Under the pieces are notes generated by a model. That model was not told where the DNA came from. It did no database searches and saw only the letters and a program-made list of their open reading frames with translations. DNA of 64,000 bases, taken from Scyliorhinus canicula. Lineage: Eukaryota. Positions 21,517 through 33,739 of this stretch are shown one piece after another (the first letter of the stretch is position 1; every line of letters starts with the position of its first letter). A program made the translations under genes and the position numbers. The stretch is taken from contig NC_052146.1 of assembly GCF_902713615.1 (NCBI RefSeq), positions 309,768,335-309,832,334 on the forward strand. The letters are read 5' to 3'.

Positions 21517-23260
21517 GTAAATATGACTCATCTTGTGTTTGATACTGTTACTGCACAGGGTCATTATTTTATAACTTGCTGCTTTTATTGAGCAGACACA
21601 TTCCCCTTGCAGCCAAGCGTTCAAGTGGTGTGAGCTGGTACTGTTGAGACCAACACATGTGCCAGTGCCTGACTGGTGCCAGTCATCTCCAACTGTCCTG
21701 GCATCACAACCACCCCAGTATTGACCAACAGGCACCTAACTGCTGCTGCTGAGAGCCAGGATGGTTTTAACAGTTGAAGCTCTAAACCTCGCCCTTCGGA
21801 CATTAGTGCTGGATAATTGCCACCCTCGCCCTGCGTGCTGGTTCAGTGCCCGTGTCTCGCTGGCTGCACAGTCCCTCATGGTGGTTAGAACAAACTAGTG
21901 TTCATGCTCTCTGTCTAAACAGCCCATGTCGGCCTTTACTCTCCTCACAAGGAAATAGTTCTCATCATATTCACACCATGTTCCCATATCTCTTCAGCGT
22001 TCTTTTTCATCACCTCCCTCTCCAATCTAATCTCAAATGTTGACATTATTTCTGCCTCACCCACTAGTCTGGGTGAATCCCACATCCTCCCGACTCTGTG
22101 TCAAGATATTTCCCTGCCCTCTTCTAAGTCTCTTCCATAAGCTTGTGTTCAGAGCTCCTCAATCTTCACCCTCCCTGCAAAAGTCTGCTTCCATCTCTTC
22201 TATCCCAAGTTTAAAGAATTTTGAAGACCTTTGATCATATTGCTCTGCAATCTGGGTTATGCTGATGATAAAAAATGTCTCCCGTCTTTCTTTGTATTTG
22301 TTTTCCTGACACCAGATCCAATCCCAGTGAATCTGTCCTGTTTCCTCACTAAAGCCTGACAGCTTAATCAGCTTGGAGTGGAGAGCTCTCTAGCATGTCT
22401 TCCAAAACTGATATAACTTTCACTGTCAGTGAAGGACAGACAGCCTCGGTGTTTCTTAACTAACATTCAAAACATTCAAATATTCCGGAGAATATTGGGC
22501 AAAATGGGTGTTGAAATTTCCAGGTTGTAACGAGACAGCAGTGAGTGCATGGCCCAGATAGCGGAAAATCCAAGTATTCATTGTGGATTCACTGGGAGCC
22601 CAGGGGAATCCTGACCAGTCTGGTTTAGGTGGTGTGACCGTGGACATCTGCACAGTTTGCATTGCTTTGATAGAAATTAGATGGATCAGATTTCCCAGGA
22701 GAAATCCGCACTGTTTCCAGCTCTTTCCCAAAGTGTGACATGCTTTGTGTTTATTGAGTTGGGAGGTTAATGGGGTGGTGAAAACGGCAGATGGGACACT
22801 TGCCTTTATCAATCGGGGCATCGATTACAAAAGCAGGGAGGTCATGTTGGAGTTATGTAGAACTTTGGTGAGGCCACAGCTGGAGTACTGTGTCCAGTTC
22901 TGGTCACCACATCATAGGAAGGATGTGATTGCACTGGAGGGGGTGCAGAGGAGATTCACCAGGATGTTGCCTGGGATGGAACGTTTAAGTTATGTTTCAT
23001 AGAACATAACTTAAATGTTCCATCCCAGGCAACATCCTGGTGAATCTCCTATGAAGAGAGTTTGGATTCCTTTCTTCATCTGAGAGCAAATTCTGCTTAT
23101 TTAGTGAATGATTCCGGATATCTGGCTCATCCGTGTCATCGTCCTTAAAAACTGGAATCAAAGGTCCATGTTGGGAAATCTAAACTCCGTCTCCAGCAAG
23201 AGTGTGACCTGTTGTTCTGCGGTAATGCTGCAATGAAGCTAATGTGTGGCATTTCTTTAG

Positions 23261-23304
23261 GATCCCTGATGAAGACCAGAACCCTGTGTATGCAACAGTG
23301 GACG
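23261..23304 (+). CDS. Receptor gene A, cytoplasmic exon 1 (YATV)
   Basis: atttctttAG / GTGAGT, phase 2/1: IPDEDQNPVYATVD. Confidence 0.82.
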
Positions 23305-23569
23305 GTGAGTAAACTAATTCAACCATTGTTGCCACGTTCACCGGGAATTACGCTCGATCCCAGATACCCCTTTGATGCTGTTAGTTTTGGGATGGAATTA
23401 ACATGCTAATAATTTGACCAATTCATTTGTCTGATTTGCAAAGTTTACCGTTAAATGCTGTAAAGCTACATGGGACAGAATGAAGATGGTAGGAGGCTGT
23501 CCCCAGCCCTGTAGCTGCAGAGTGTGAGACATACCCTCAGGGTGGCAATGTTATTGTCAATGTGCAGGG

Positions 23570-26100
23570 AAGGTCATGTTTACCAACTTAATAGAATTCT
23601 TTGTGGAAGTAACAAAGTTGAATGATGAGGGAAGGGCTGTAGATGTCATATACATGGACTTCAGTTAGGCATTTGATAAGGTTCCCCATGGTAGGTTGAT
23701 GGAGAAAGTGAAGTCTCCTGGGGTCCAGGGTGTACTAGCTAGATGGATAAATAACTGGCTGGGCAACAGGAGACAGAGAGTAGTAGTGGAAGGGAGTTTC
23801 TCAAAATGGAGAACTGTGACTAGTGGTGTTCCACAGGGATCCGTGCTGGTACCCCTGTTGTTTGTGATATACATAAATGATCTGGACGAAGGTATAGGTG
23901 GTCTGATTAGCGAGTTTGCAGATGACACTAAGATAGGTGGAGTAGCAGATAGTGCAGCACGGTAGCATGGTGGAGATGGAGTAGCAGATTGGGCAGCACG
24001 GTAGCATGGTGGTTAGTATAAATGCTTCACAGCTCCAGGGCCCCAGGTTCGATTCCCGGCTGGGTCACTGTCTGTGCGGAGTCTGCATGTCCTCCCCGTG
24101 TGTGCGTGGGTTTCCTCCGGGTGCTCCGGTTTCCTCCCACAGTCCAAAGATGTGCGGGTTAGGTGGATTGGCCATGCTAAATTGCCCTTAGTGTCCTAAA
24201 AAGTAAGGTTAAGGGGGGGGGTTGTTGGGTTACGGGTATATGGTGGATACATCGGTTTGAGTAGGGTGATCATTGCTCGGCACAACATCGAGGGCCGAAG
24301 GGCCTCGTCTGTGCTGTACTGTTCTATGTCTATAGTGAAGGGGACTGTCAGAGAATACAGCAGAATATAGATAGATTGGAGAGTTGGGCGGAGAAATGGC
24401 AGATGGAGTTCAATCCGGGCAGATGCGAGGTGATGCATTTTGGAAGATCCAATTCAAGAGTGAACTATACAGTAAATGGAAAAGCCCTGGGGAAAATTGA
24501 TGTACAGAGATCTGGGAGTTCAGGTCCATTATACCCTGAAGGTGGCTGCGCAGGTTGATAGAGTGGTCAAGAAGGCATACGGCATGCTTTCCTTCAACGG
24601 AAGGGGTCTTGAGTTCAAGAGTCGGCAGGTCATGTTACAGTTGGATAGACTTTGGTTCGGTCACATTTGGAATACTGCGTACAGTTCTGATCGCCACATT
24701 ACCAAAAGGACGTGGATGCTTTGGAGAAGGTGCAGAGCAGGTTCACCAGGATGTTGCCTGGTATGGAGGGTGCTAGCTGTGAAGAGAGGTTGAGTAGATT
24801 AGGATTATTTTCATCAGAAAGACGGATGTTGAGGTGGGACCTCATTGAGGTCTACAAAATCATGAGAGGTATAGACAGGGTGGATAGCAAGAAGCTTTTT
24901 CCCAGAGTGGGGGACTCATTTACTAGGGGTCATGAGTTCAAGGTGAGAGGGGAAAAGTTTAAGGGAGATATGCGTGGAAAGTTCTTTACGCAGAGGGTGG
25001 TGGGTGCCTGGAACGCATTGCCGGCGGAGGTGGTAGAGGAGGGCACGAGAGCGACATTTAAGATGTATCTCGACAGACACATGACTGGGCAGGGAGCAGA
25101 GGGATACAGATCCTTAGAAATTGGTGACAGTTTTAGATAGAGGATCTGGATCGGTGCAGGCTTGGAGGGCCGAAGGGCCTGTTCCTGTGCTGTTACAGTG
25201 AGTGACCCCAAAATGATAAATTTTCAGACATAGAAAGTCCACGGAACGACCTTCGATATTTCACCAGCATCTGGAATATCCTTGTAGAGTGATCACATTG
25301 TCAGTTCTCAGAGGGATTCCTGGGATTGGAGGTGGTTAAGAGTTGACCGATTAGTTTGAGATGAGAGTTTTTGATTGAATTGAGAGAGAAAAACTATTTG
25401 CTCTGGCGAGTGTGTTAACAACTAGAGATCAGAGTTTGAAAATCGCTGGGGAAAGATCGAGAGGGGAGACGGGGAGAAATGTTTTTGCACTCAGAGAATT
25501 GTCGGGATCTGAAAAGTTCGCCCGGAAAATGTGGTGGAAGCTGATTCCAGAAATCATCTTCAAAGAGAGTTGGGCAGGTACTTGCTATGGAGGGAGAGCA
25601 GCGAAGGTTTACCAGGCTGAATCCTGGGATGGTGGGACTGTCCTATGAGGAGAGACTAAGTGGGTTAGGATGATATTCACTGGAGTTTAGAAGAGTGAGA
25701 GGGGATCTCATAGAAACTTCTAAAATTCTAACAGGATTAGACAGGGTAGATTCAGAAAGAATGTTCCCGATGGTGGGGGAGTCCAGAACTTGGGGTCATA
25801 GTTTGAGGATAAGGGGTAAAGCTTTGAGGACTGAGGTGAAGATAAATTTCTTCACCCAGAGAGTGGGGAATCTGTGGAATTCACTCCCACAGAAAGTAGT
25901 TGAGGCCAAAACGTTGTGTAATTTCAAGAAGGAATTAGATTTTGCTCTTGGGGCTAAAGGGATCGGGGGATATGGGGTAAGGCGGGATCAGGGTATTGAA
26001 CTTGCTGATCAGCCATGATCATAATGAATGGGGAAGCAGGCTCGAGGGCCGAATGGCCTCCTCCTGATTCTATTTTCCACGTTTCTGTGTATGTCTCAGG
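23570..26100 (+). mobile_element. Several CR1 RT/3'-end fragments with an intervening SINE (also 22745-23030)
   Basis: GVPQGS, FADDTK, HLEYCVQFWSP, FTQRVV motifs with frameshifts. Confidence 0.85.
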
Positions 26101-26373
26101 AATTTACAAGATTCCGGATAAAAAGCAGGAATGTGGGATTAGGCACAATGGCCCTTTACAGAATCAGCACAGATTCAATGGGCTGAATGGCCTCCTCCTG
26201 TTCTGTGAGTTTCAGATTTCTCTGATGAGCTTTATAATGGAGAGGAGGCCTCATGTCTCCCGGGAAAACTGCCCAAGTCACTCCGGAATTTTCATTTGTT
26301 ATCATTCCCAGTTTCCTGAGCTCGACCTTTACATGGATCTGTTCTGAAGAACCATCTTTTTGTTTTCTTTCAG

Positions 26374-26426
26374 ATAAAACACGGAGCAGCAATCAAGAGG
26401 TTCAAGAAGCCCCTCCTGCTCCTTTG
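26374..26426 (+). CDS. Receptor gene A, cytoplasmic exon 2
   Basis: tttttgttttctttcAG / GTAAGG, phase 1/0: (D)KTRSSNQEVQEAPPAPL. Confidence 0.8.
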
Positions 26427-26769
26427 GTAAGGAAATGGAAATGGGGCTTAGCTGTTGTTCTTTGCTGCATTTTAGATTTGCTGCCATTTCCCAAAATAGG
26501 AAGCACATCAATGAAAGAGGAGGAGTTTGAATGTTACTGTAAGTTTACAAATCAATCCTGTTACAGACAGGAGAGTGATAGACAACCTGCTCTGATTTCC
26601 CCGCTCCACCTGTCTGCCTGCACAACGTGTTTTCAATTAGTTGGTGATGGCGTATTTTTCAAATCTATTGAGTTCTGTGAACCAATTTACTAATAAACTG
26701 CAGAAATCTGGAGTTAACAGTAACTCAGAAGGTGAGTTTAATCCTTGGGAGGAAGTTTCACCGCTTCCC

Positions 26770-27090
26770 ACTCCATCACACACACTCATATATTGGCACA
26801 CTCACACTCACACACACTCTCACACTCTCTCTCACACACTCACAGATACACATTCACACTCTCACACCCTCTCACACACACACCCACACACACCCCCAGA
26901 TGCATCTTCTCACACACCCTCTCACACACAAACACCCTCATACACAGACAGACACACACCCTCTCACACACACACACCCTCATACATACACAGACACCCT
27001 CATAGACCCACTCTCGCATCGCTGTCCTCTCCCTCACTTGGGAGACCACTCTCTCTCCTTCATTCTGTCGCCATTTCTCACACACACTGA
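26770..27090. repeat. CA/CT-rich low-complexity tract
   Basis: cacacac/ctctcac repeats. Confidence 0.9.
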
Positions 27091-27209
27091 CTTGCAGAAT
27101 CACTGCTTATTTTATTCTCAGACATTTTTTGAAAAGTTTCTAGCACCTTCTATGTGACCAGGTTAAAGTTGGGGACAGAGTTTGTGTGGGTTTCCAACCT
27201 GAAACTTGA

Positions 27210-27400
27210 GGGGTGATTTTTTGAGGGGTGATTTGTTGAGGGGTGATTTGTTGAGGGGTGATTTGTTGAGGGCTGATTTGTTGAGGGCTGATTTGTTGAG
27301 GGGTGATTTGTTGAGGGGCGATTTGTTGAGGGGTGATTTGTTGAGGGGTGATTTGTTGAGGGGTGATTTGTTGAGGGGTGATTTGTTGAGGGGTGATTTT
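27210..27400. repeat. 15-bp tandem repeat
   Basis: (gatttgttgaggggt)n. Confidence 0.95.
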
Positions 27401-28010
27401 GAGCCCCTCTGCGTCCGTGAGAAAGTCACCGTGGGGCCTAAACTCTGTAGAGAAGCGAAAAATGTGATTCTCTTCCGCGTGATTGGTGTTTGGACAGATC
27501 ATGCCATTGAAAACAATAACTTACATTCTAACACTGGGGACTGGATTCTCGGGCCCCCCAGACGTGTGTTCCTCAGCCGCGCGCTGTTCGCTGGCAGCGG
27601 GATTCTATCATTGAGGAGGTGGTGGGAAGCTGCCTTCTTGAACCGCTGCAGTCCCTAAGGTATAAGGACATGAAATGTAAAATATTCCCCGGGACTATTT
27701 GGAAGATGGGCAGAGGAATCATCCTTTAATGTCCTGTGTGATATTTATCCCGAAAAAACGTTACCAAAGCTGATTGGTCATTGTCACATTGTTATTTGTG
27801 GGATCTTGCTCTGCACAGATTCACAGCTGTAGCAGAGCGACCAGAGTCAATACAAAACACATCCCAGCAGCCTGTCAGTACCTTCCAGAGAGAAAGGCAA
27901 AGAAGAAGAAATCATTCAGTTATTAATAATAATACCGTTCGATCTGTTGACAGACATTCTTCCATTCTGTGTGGAAATAAATACTGATCAATATTTCTAT
28001 TGGATTACAG

Positions 28011-28127
28011 TCAGGTGAAGGGGAATGCAAATATGCTGGGCTTCGATTCCATTGCCCAGGTACCAGGCAGCCGGCAGTATCACTGACTGAAAGCACGGCG
28101 GAGTATGCTGTTGTTCAACGTTCTTAA
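28011..28127 (+). CDS. Receptor gene A, terminal coding exon with two ITIM-like motifs
   Basis: ttacAG acceptor, phase 0: SGEGECKYAGLRFHCPGTRQPAVSLTESTAEYAVVQRS*. Confidence 0.85.
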   Translation, partial: SGEGECKYAGLRFHCPGTRQPAVSLTESTAEYAVVQRS

Positions 28128-28264
28128 ACCTCAAAACCAGCAACAATTAACCAGTGGGACAAGCAGCAGTGACCAAAACCTTACCCAATCACAATCATCT
28201 CTGCCTTTCCTGCACATTTCAACGGCTTCAATCTCTCAACAATATCAGAGCGAGATTGTAAATC

Positions 28265-29930
28265 CCAGACCCTGATATTACTGGGCACACAGACCCTCCC
28301 AGACCCTGATATTACTGGACACACAAACCCTGATATTACTGGACACAGAGACCGTGATATTACTGGACACACAGACCCTCCCAGACCCTGATATTACTGG
28401 GCACACAGACCCTCCCAGACCCTGATATTACTGGACACACAGATCCTGATATTACTGGACACACAGGCCCTGATATTACTGGACACACAGACCCTGATAT
28501 TACTGGACACGCAGACCCTGATATTACTGGACACTCAGACCCTGATATTACTGGACACTCAGACCCTGATATTACTGGACACACAGACCCTGATATTACT
28601 GGACACACACACCCTGATATTACTGGGCACACAGACCCTGATATTACTGGACACACAGACCCTGATATTTCTGGACACACACACCCTGATATTACTGGAC
28701 ACACAGACCCTCCCAGACCCTGATATTACTGGACACACAGACCCTGATATTACTGGACACACAGACCCTGATATTACTGGACACTCAGACCCTGATATTA
28801 CTGGACACACACACCCTGATATTACTGGACACACACACCCTGATATTACTGGACACTCAGACCCTGATATTACTGGACACACAGACCCTGATATTACTGG
28901 ACACACAGACCCTGATATTACTGGACACACAGACCCTGATATTACTGGACACACAGATCCTGATATTACTGGACACACAGACCCTGATATTACTGGACAC
29001 ACACACCCTGATATTACTGGACACACACACCCTGATATTACTGGACACTCAGACCCTGATATTACTGGACACACAGACCCTGATATTACTGGACACACAG
29101 ACCCTGATATTACTGGACACTCAGACCCTGATATTACTGGACACTCAGACCCTGATATTACTGGACACTCAGGCCCTGATATTACTGGACACACAGACCC
29201 TGATATTACTGGACACTCAGGCCCTGATATTACTGGACACTCAGACCCTGATATTACTGGACACACAGACCCTGATATTACTGGACACTCAGACCCTGAT
29301 ATTACTGGACACACAGACCCTGATATTACTGGACACACAGACCCTGATATTACTGGACACTCAGGCCCTGATATTACTGGACACTCAGACCCTGATATTA
29401 CTGGGCACACACACCCTGATATTACTGGACACTCAGGCCCTGATATTACTGGACACTCAGACCCTGATATTACTGGACACTCAGCCCCTGATATTACTGG
29501 ACACACAGACCCTGATATTACTGGACACACAGACCCTGATATTACTGGACACTCAGGCCCTGATATTACTGGACACTCAGACCCTGATATTACTGGACAC
29601 TCAGCCCCTGATATTACTGGACACACAAACCCTGATATTACTGGACACACACACCCTGATATTACTGGACACACACACCCTGATATTACTGGACACACAA
29701 ACCCTGATATTACTGGACACACACACCCTGATATTACTGGACACACAGACCCTGATATTACTAGACACACACACCCTGATATTACTGGGCACACAGACCC
29801 TGATATTACTGGACACACACACCCTGATATTACTGGACACACAGACCCTGATATTACTGGACACACACACCCTGATATTACTGGACACACAGACCCTGAT
29901 ATTACTGGACACACACACCCTGATATTACT
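28265..29930. repeat. 24-bp minisatellite, about 1.65 kb
   Basis: (gaccctgatattactggacacaca)n with variant units. Confidence 0.97.
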
Positions 29931-31229
29931 GGAGAGACTGAAATTGCCCAAATGTGACACTGGGCTGAGAACATTGTTCATGAAATGAAGTCTGTAATTT
30001 GCCTAAGAAGACATTATTTGCTTTGTGAATATTGCTACAACCATTTCTGTCATAAAAGCACATTGCATTTATCATTTCCTTTCATTGAGGGAAATATTTG
30101 TAACTGTTGGTTTTGCTTTGCAGTATTAAGGACTAATAATTGTGAAATATTGGTCAGTGACTAATCCTTTCCACTGGGTGTCAGTGTGGATTGTGGAGAG
30201 ATTGTTGAGGTGTGGATTAGTCTGGGCTCAATCCTAGAGGCCCCGGTGATGGAGAGAAACCTGTGCTCTGCCTCCTCCTGGATCCCTGGGAAGGGGTTTG
30301 AATGGGACACGTTGCTGTGGCGAGTGGCCCAGAGATCAGTGGAGAATTCGGAGCCGGACTGGTGTTGGTGACCAATTTGAAATCAGCTGATGATAGCGCC
30401 AAGGAGCGCTTGCAGAATGGAATTCAAATGTGGTCAAAGGGCCAATTACCACAACCCCAGCACATCAGAGTTGTCTCCTAGGCTCAGCCATCTTCCGCTG
30501 CTTCAATAATCACCTGGATCTGTGTCAATAAGGAGGGTATTTGCTAATGATTTCACACTCTCCCTCCACCCCTGCTAATGAAGAAGCTGATACTGGTCTA
30601 CAATTAGACCTGGTTAACAGCCATTCATCTGGGGCAACTGGTTCACCTTCTAACCCCTCACAGCTTCCTCACAATCTAAAAGGCATGTTAGATGTGCCCT
30701 TGAACACTTGCTGCTTGCCTGGGTGGGACAGCCTGCAGCAACATTTGAGAATGTGGGCAGCGTTGGGGATAGAGCAGTTCACTGGGGGTTGGTGGTGTTT
30801 CCATTTCCACCAGCAGCGCACTCTGGTGGCTGATCTACAGGATGCAGCGCAGCAGCTCGCTGAAGGTTATTTGGGCCACACTGCCCTCCCCTGGTTTCTC
30901 TCCCACCAAGAAACACAGCAGCAGCATCATTGTGGCAACATCTTCAATTCCAAGTTACCTCCCAGTCACACACCATCCAGATTGTTTACATCAGCCATTC
31001 CTTCATCATCCATTCATTGGAATGTGTCACCTATGGGAACATTGGGAATACTGTCAGTACACAGCCTGCAGTGGGCCCAGTGTCACAGATTCACTAGGAT
31101 TAGGAAAGAAATAAATTCCAGGAATAACAATACTTGGGATCAATTTATTCACATTTTTGAGACAAATACTTTTTGAGAGTTTGATATTAAAATCTTGATT
31201 GTATACACAGGAATTATTAAATACTGATC

Positions 31230-31235
31230 AATAAA
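31230..31235 (+). terminator. Candidate poly(A) signal of gene A
   Basis: AATAAA followed by GT/T-rich sequence; tentative. Confidence 0.3.
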
Positions 31236-33739
31236 ATGGTGGAGAAACTGTTTTGTGTGATTCGTTAGGTTTATTTTTAATTGTTTATTCTGGCTGGTCT
31301 GCAGTGTGAGTTGTTTCTGGAAGTTTTTGCCGGTCATTTCCGATTGTTTCTCTGACTTTTGTTTGAAGTGTTTCTGCATCTCCAGCCAGCCAATCAGCAG
31401 GATGCATTGGTGACCATCTTTCGGGATTCAATAGACTCCCCAACAGTTCCTGCAGATTGGAGGGTAGCTCATGTAACTCCCCTATTTAAAAAAGGAGAAA
31501 GGGAGAAAACAGGGAATTATAGACCAGGAAGCCTGACGTCAGTAATGAGGAAATTTCTCGGATCCATAGTCAAAGATTTTATAGCAGAGCAATTAGAAAA
31601 CTGTGTCAGAGTCAGACAGAGTCAGCATGGATTTGCGAAAGTGAAATCTTGCTTGACAAATTGACCAGAATGTTTCGAGGATGTAGCTAGTAGAGATGAC
31701 AAGGGGGAGCCTGTGGATGTGGTTTATTTGGATTTTCAGAAGGCTTTTGGCGAAGTCCCACATAAGAGATTGGTGTGAAATTAAGTTAAATATGGCAACT
31801 TGTCAAAGATCTTCTGGGAATGAAAATAAATCACGTCCACTGGTTCTCCTTCGTCTGTTACATCATCAAAGAACTCTGACAGATTTGTCAGACCAGACCT
31901 CCCCTTGACGAAGCCGTGCTGACTCAGTCCTATTTTATCATGCAATTCCAAATACTCCGCAATCTCATCTTTAATAATGGATCATGTCACTGGGGTTGAA
32001 AACAGGGTTGGGGGATGATTCTGTTTGGGTGGGCAGTGGGACACAGGAGCCACATTTTACTGGAGGGCAGCCACTTAATGTGGTCGTTGTCAGGATTGTG
32101 ATTCTATTAAAGTTAGCAGCCTGCCCGAAAGAGCTACTGACCAATCAGAGGGTGGCAGCTCAGCAGTGGCTATTTTTGGGCCTGTGCCTGGAGGATGAGG
32201 GCACATCGATGGGCGCCTGCCTTCAATCTCTGAGGACGCGGGGGCTGGGAAGGCAAGCGCCAACGAGAAGGGGGCTGGTCACCAACAGGAGGCAACACTG
32301 TTGTTGTGGGGCAGCCAATTCCCCAGACGACGCTCCGCAGAATGCTCGAATTCCCAAAAGGGAAGGCACCTCACATACCCCGCTGGGAGAGCACCAGGGC
32401 TGATCTGCCCGTCTCCCCAGGCGATGGTGTGCCCTCCCCACACAGGAGAAATGACCCTGAGGGCAGGAAGTGGCCCTTAATTGGCCACTTAAGTGGTTCA
32501 TTGGGCTCAAGGTGCAGACTCCACCTGCTCCCCTTTCCTCCCATTGGTCAAGGGGCACGGCAACAGGAAGGCATCAGACCCACCAGCGGAACCCAGCTGC
32601 AGACTTTTGCCGGCCTTTCCACCTTGAAGCCAAAGGGCCTGGAAAATTCCAGCCTGGGAGTGTAAACTGATGGGATCTGCTTTTCCCACTGCGCTCCTGC
32701 AGAAGGCCTTGAATCTTTGAGCTGCTAACTCGGGGCCTGAAGCTGGGGCATGGAGCACTCTGCACTTTGCTCCTTGACACTCACATCTAATCTGATCACA
32801 GCATTCACTTCACAAAAGGATTTTCAGAATCGCACTAACATTTATAAAAACAGGAATTTCAATGGTGGGGAAGTGGCTGAAACACACAAATGTTGGAAGA
32901 ATTGGAGGTGGTGTCCACGGACTGTTTAATAGCTCACCACAAGAGGAAGTGTTTTATTGCAGAAATGTGTCGCTGCAGTTCTCTCTCCACCGTGTTTATT
33001 TGATTCTCTCACAGGATGTGGGCATCGCTGGCGAGGGCAGCATTTATTGCCCATCCCTAATTGTCCCTGAGAAGGGGGTGGGGAGCTGCCCACTTGAACC
33101 GCTGCGATCCCTGTGGTGTCGGTACACCCAGCACCGAATCACACAATCACAGAATTATTACCACCCAGAAGGAGGCCATTCGGCCCTTCCTGTCTGAACC
33201 AGCTCTGCAAATGAACATTCTGACTCAGTAACATTCTCCTGCCCCTTCCCCAGACCCTTTCCCCACAGCTATACTCAAATAAACATTTGTCAAATGAATT
33301 GTGAGCCGTGTGCCTGCTCGCTGGGTCTCAGCTTATTATAACCACATTACTGGGCAGCAATGACACACATCCTGCAAACACCCCATTGGTTCAGAATTTG
33401 ACACTGTTGATTGTGGCTTTGGTGCAACATCAAGACCTCCTTGGCCAATTGGAACAGGCGTTGGTGCAGGGTAAACCTGGCTGCCTTTGATCTGTCCCAA
33501 ATACCCCACACGGTCTCGGATATTGATCCATGTCAAATGGGAGATCCCAAATTATCACCAGTCTATTGGGAGAGGGAACTGCAGGAAGCCAACCCTAAAG
33601 GAAGAGTTTTAAGTTCAGCAATTAAAAAAGGAATCTGGACCAGATCCTGTTCAGTGAAGTTAAGAGTGAGGAGCCGAGGAAAGCTCCAGGTTTAAAGTGA
33701 GAAGCAGCCTTAGAGCAAATGGGTCTGTGAGAAGCCCCG

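Noticed and set aside
27140-27658. ITPQQ / RGDLL repeat ORFs
   Set aside because: 15-bp tandem repeat in an intron.
28559-29974. 471-aa minus-strand ORF (CPVISG repeats)
   Set aside because: Translation of a stop-free 24-bp minisatellite; no coding context.
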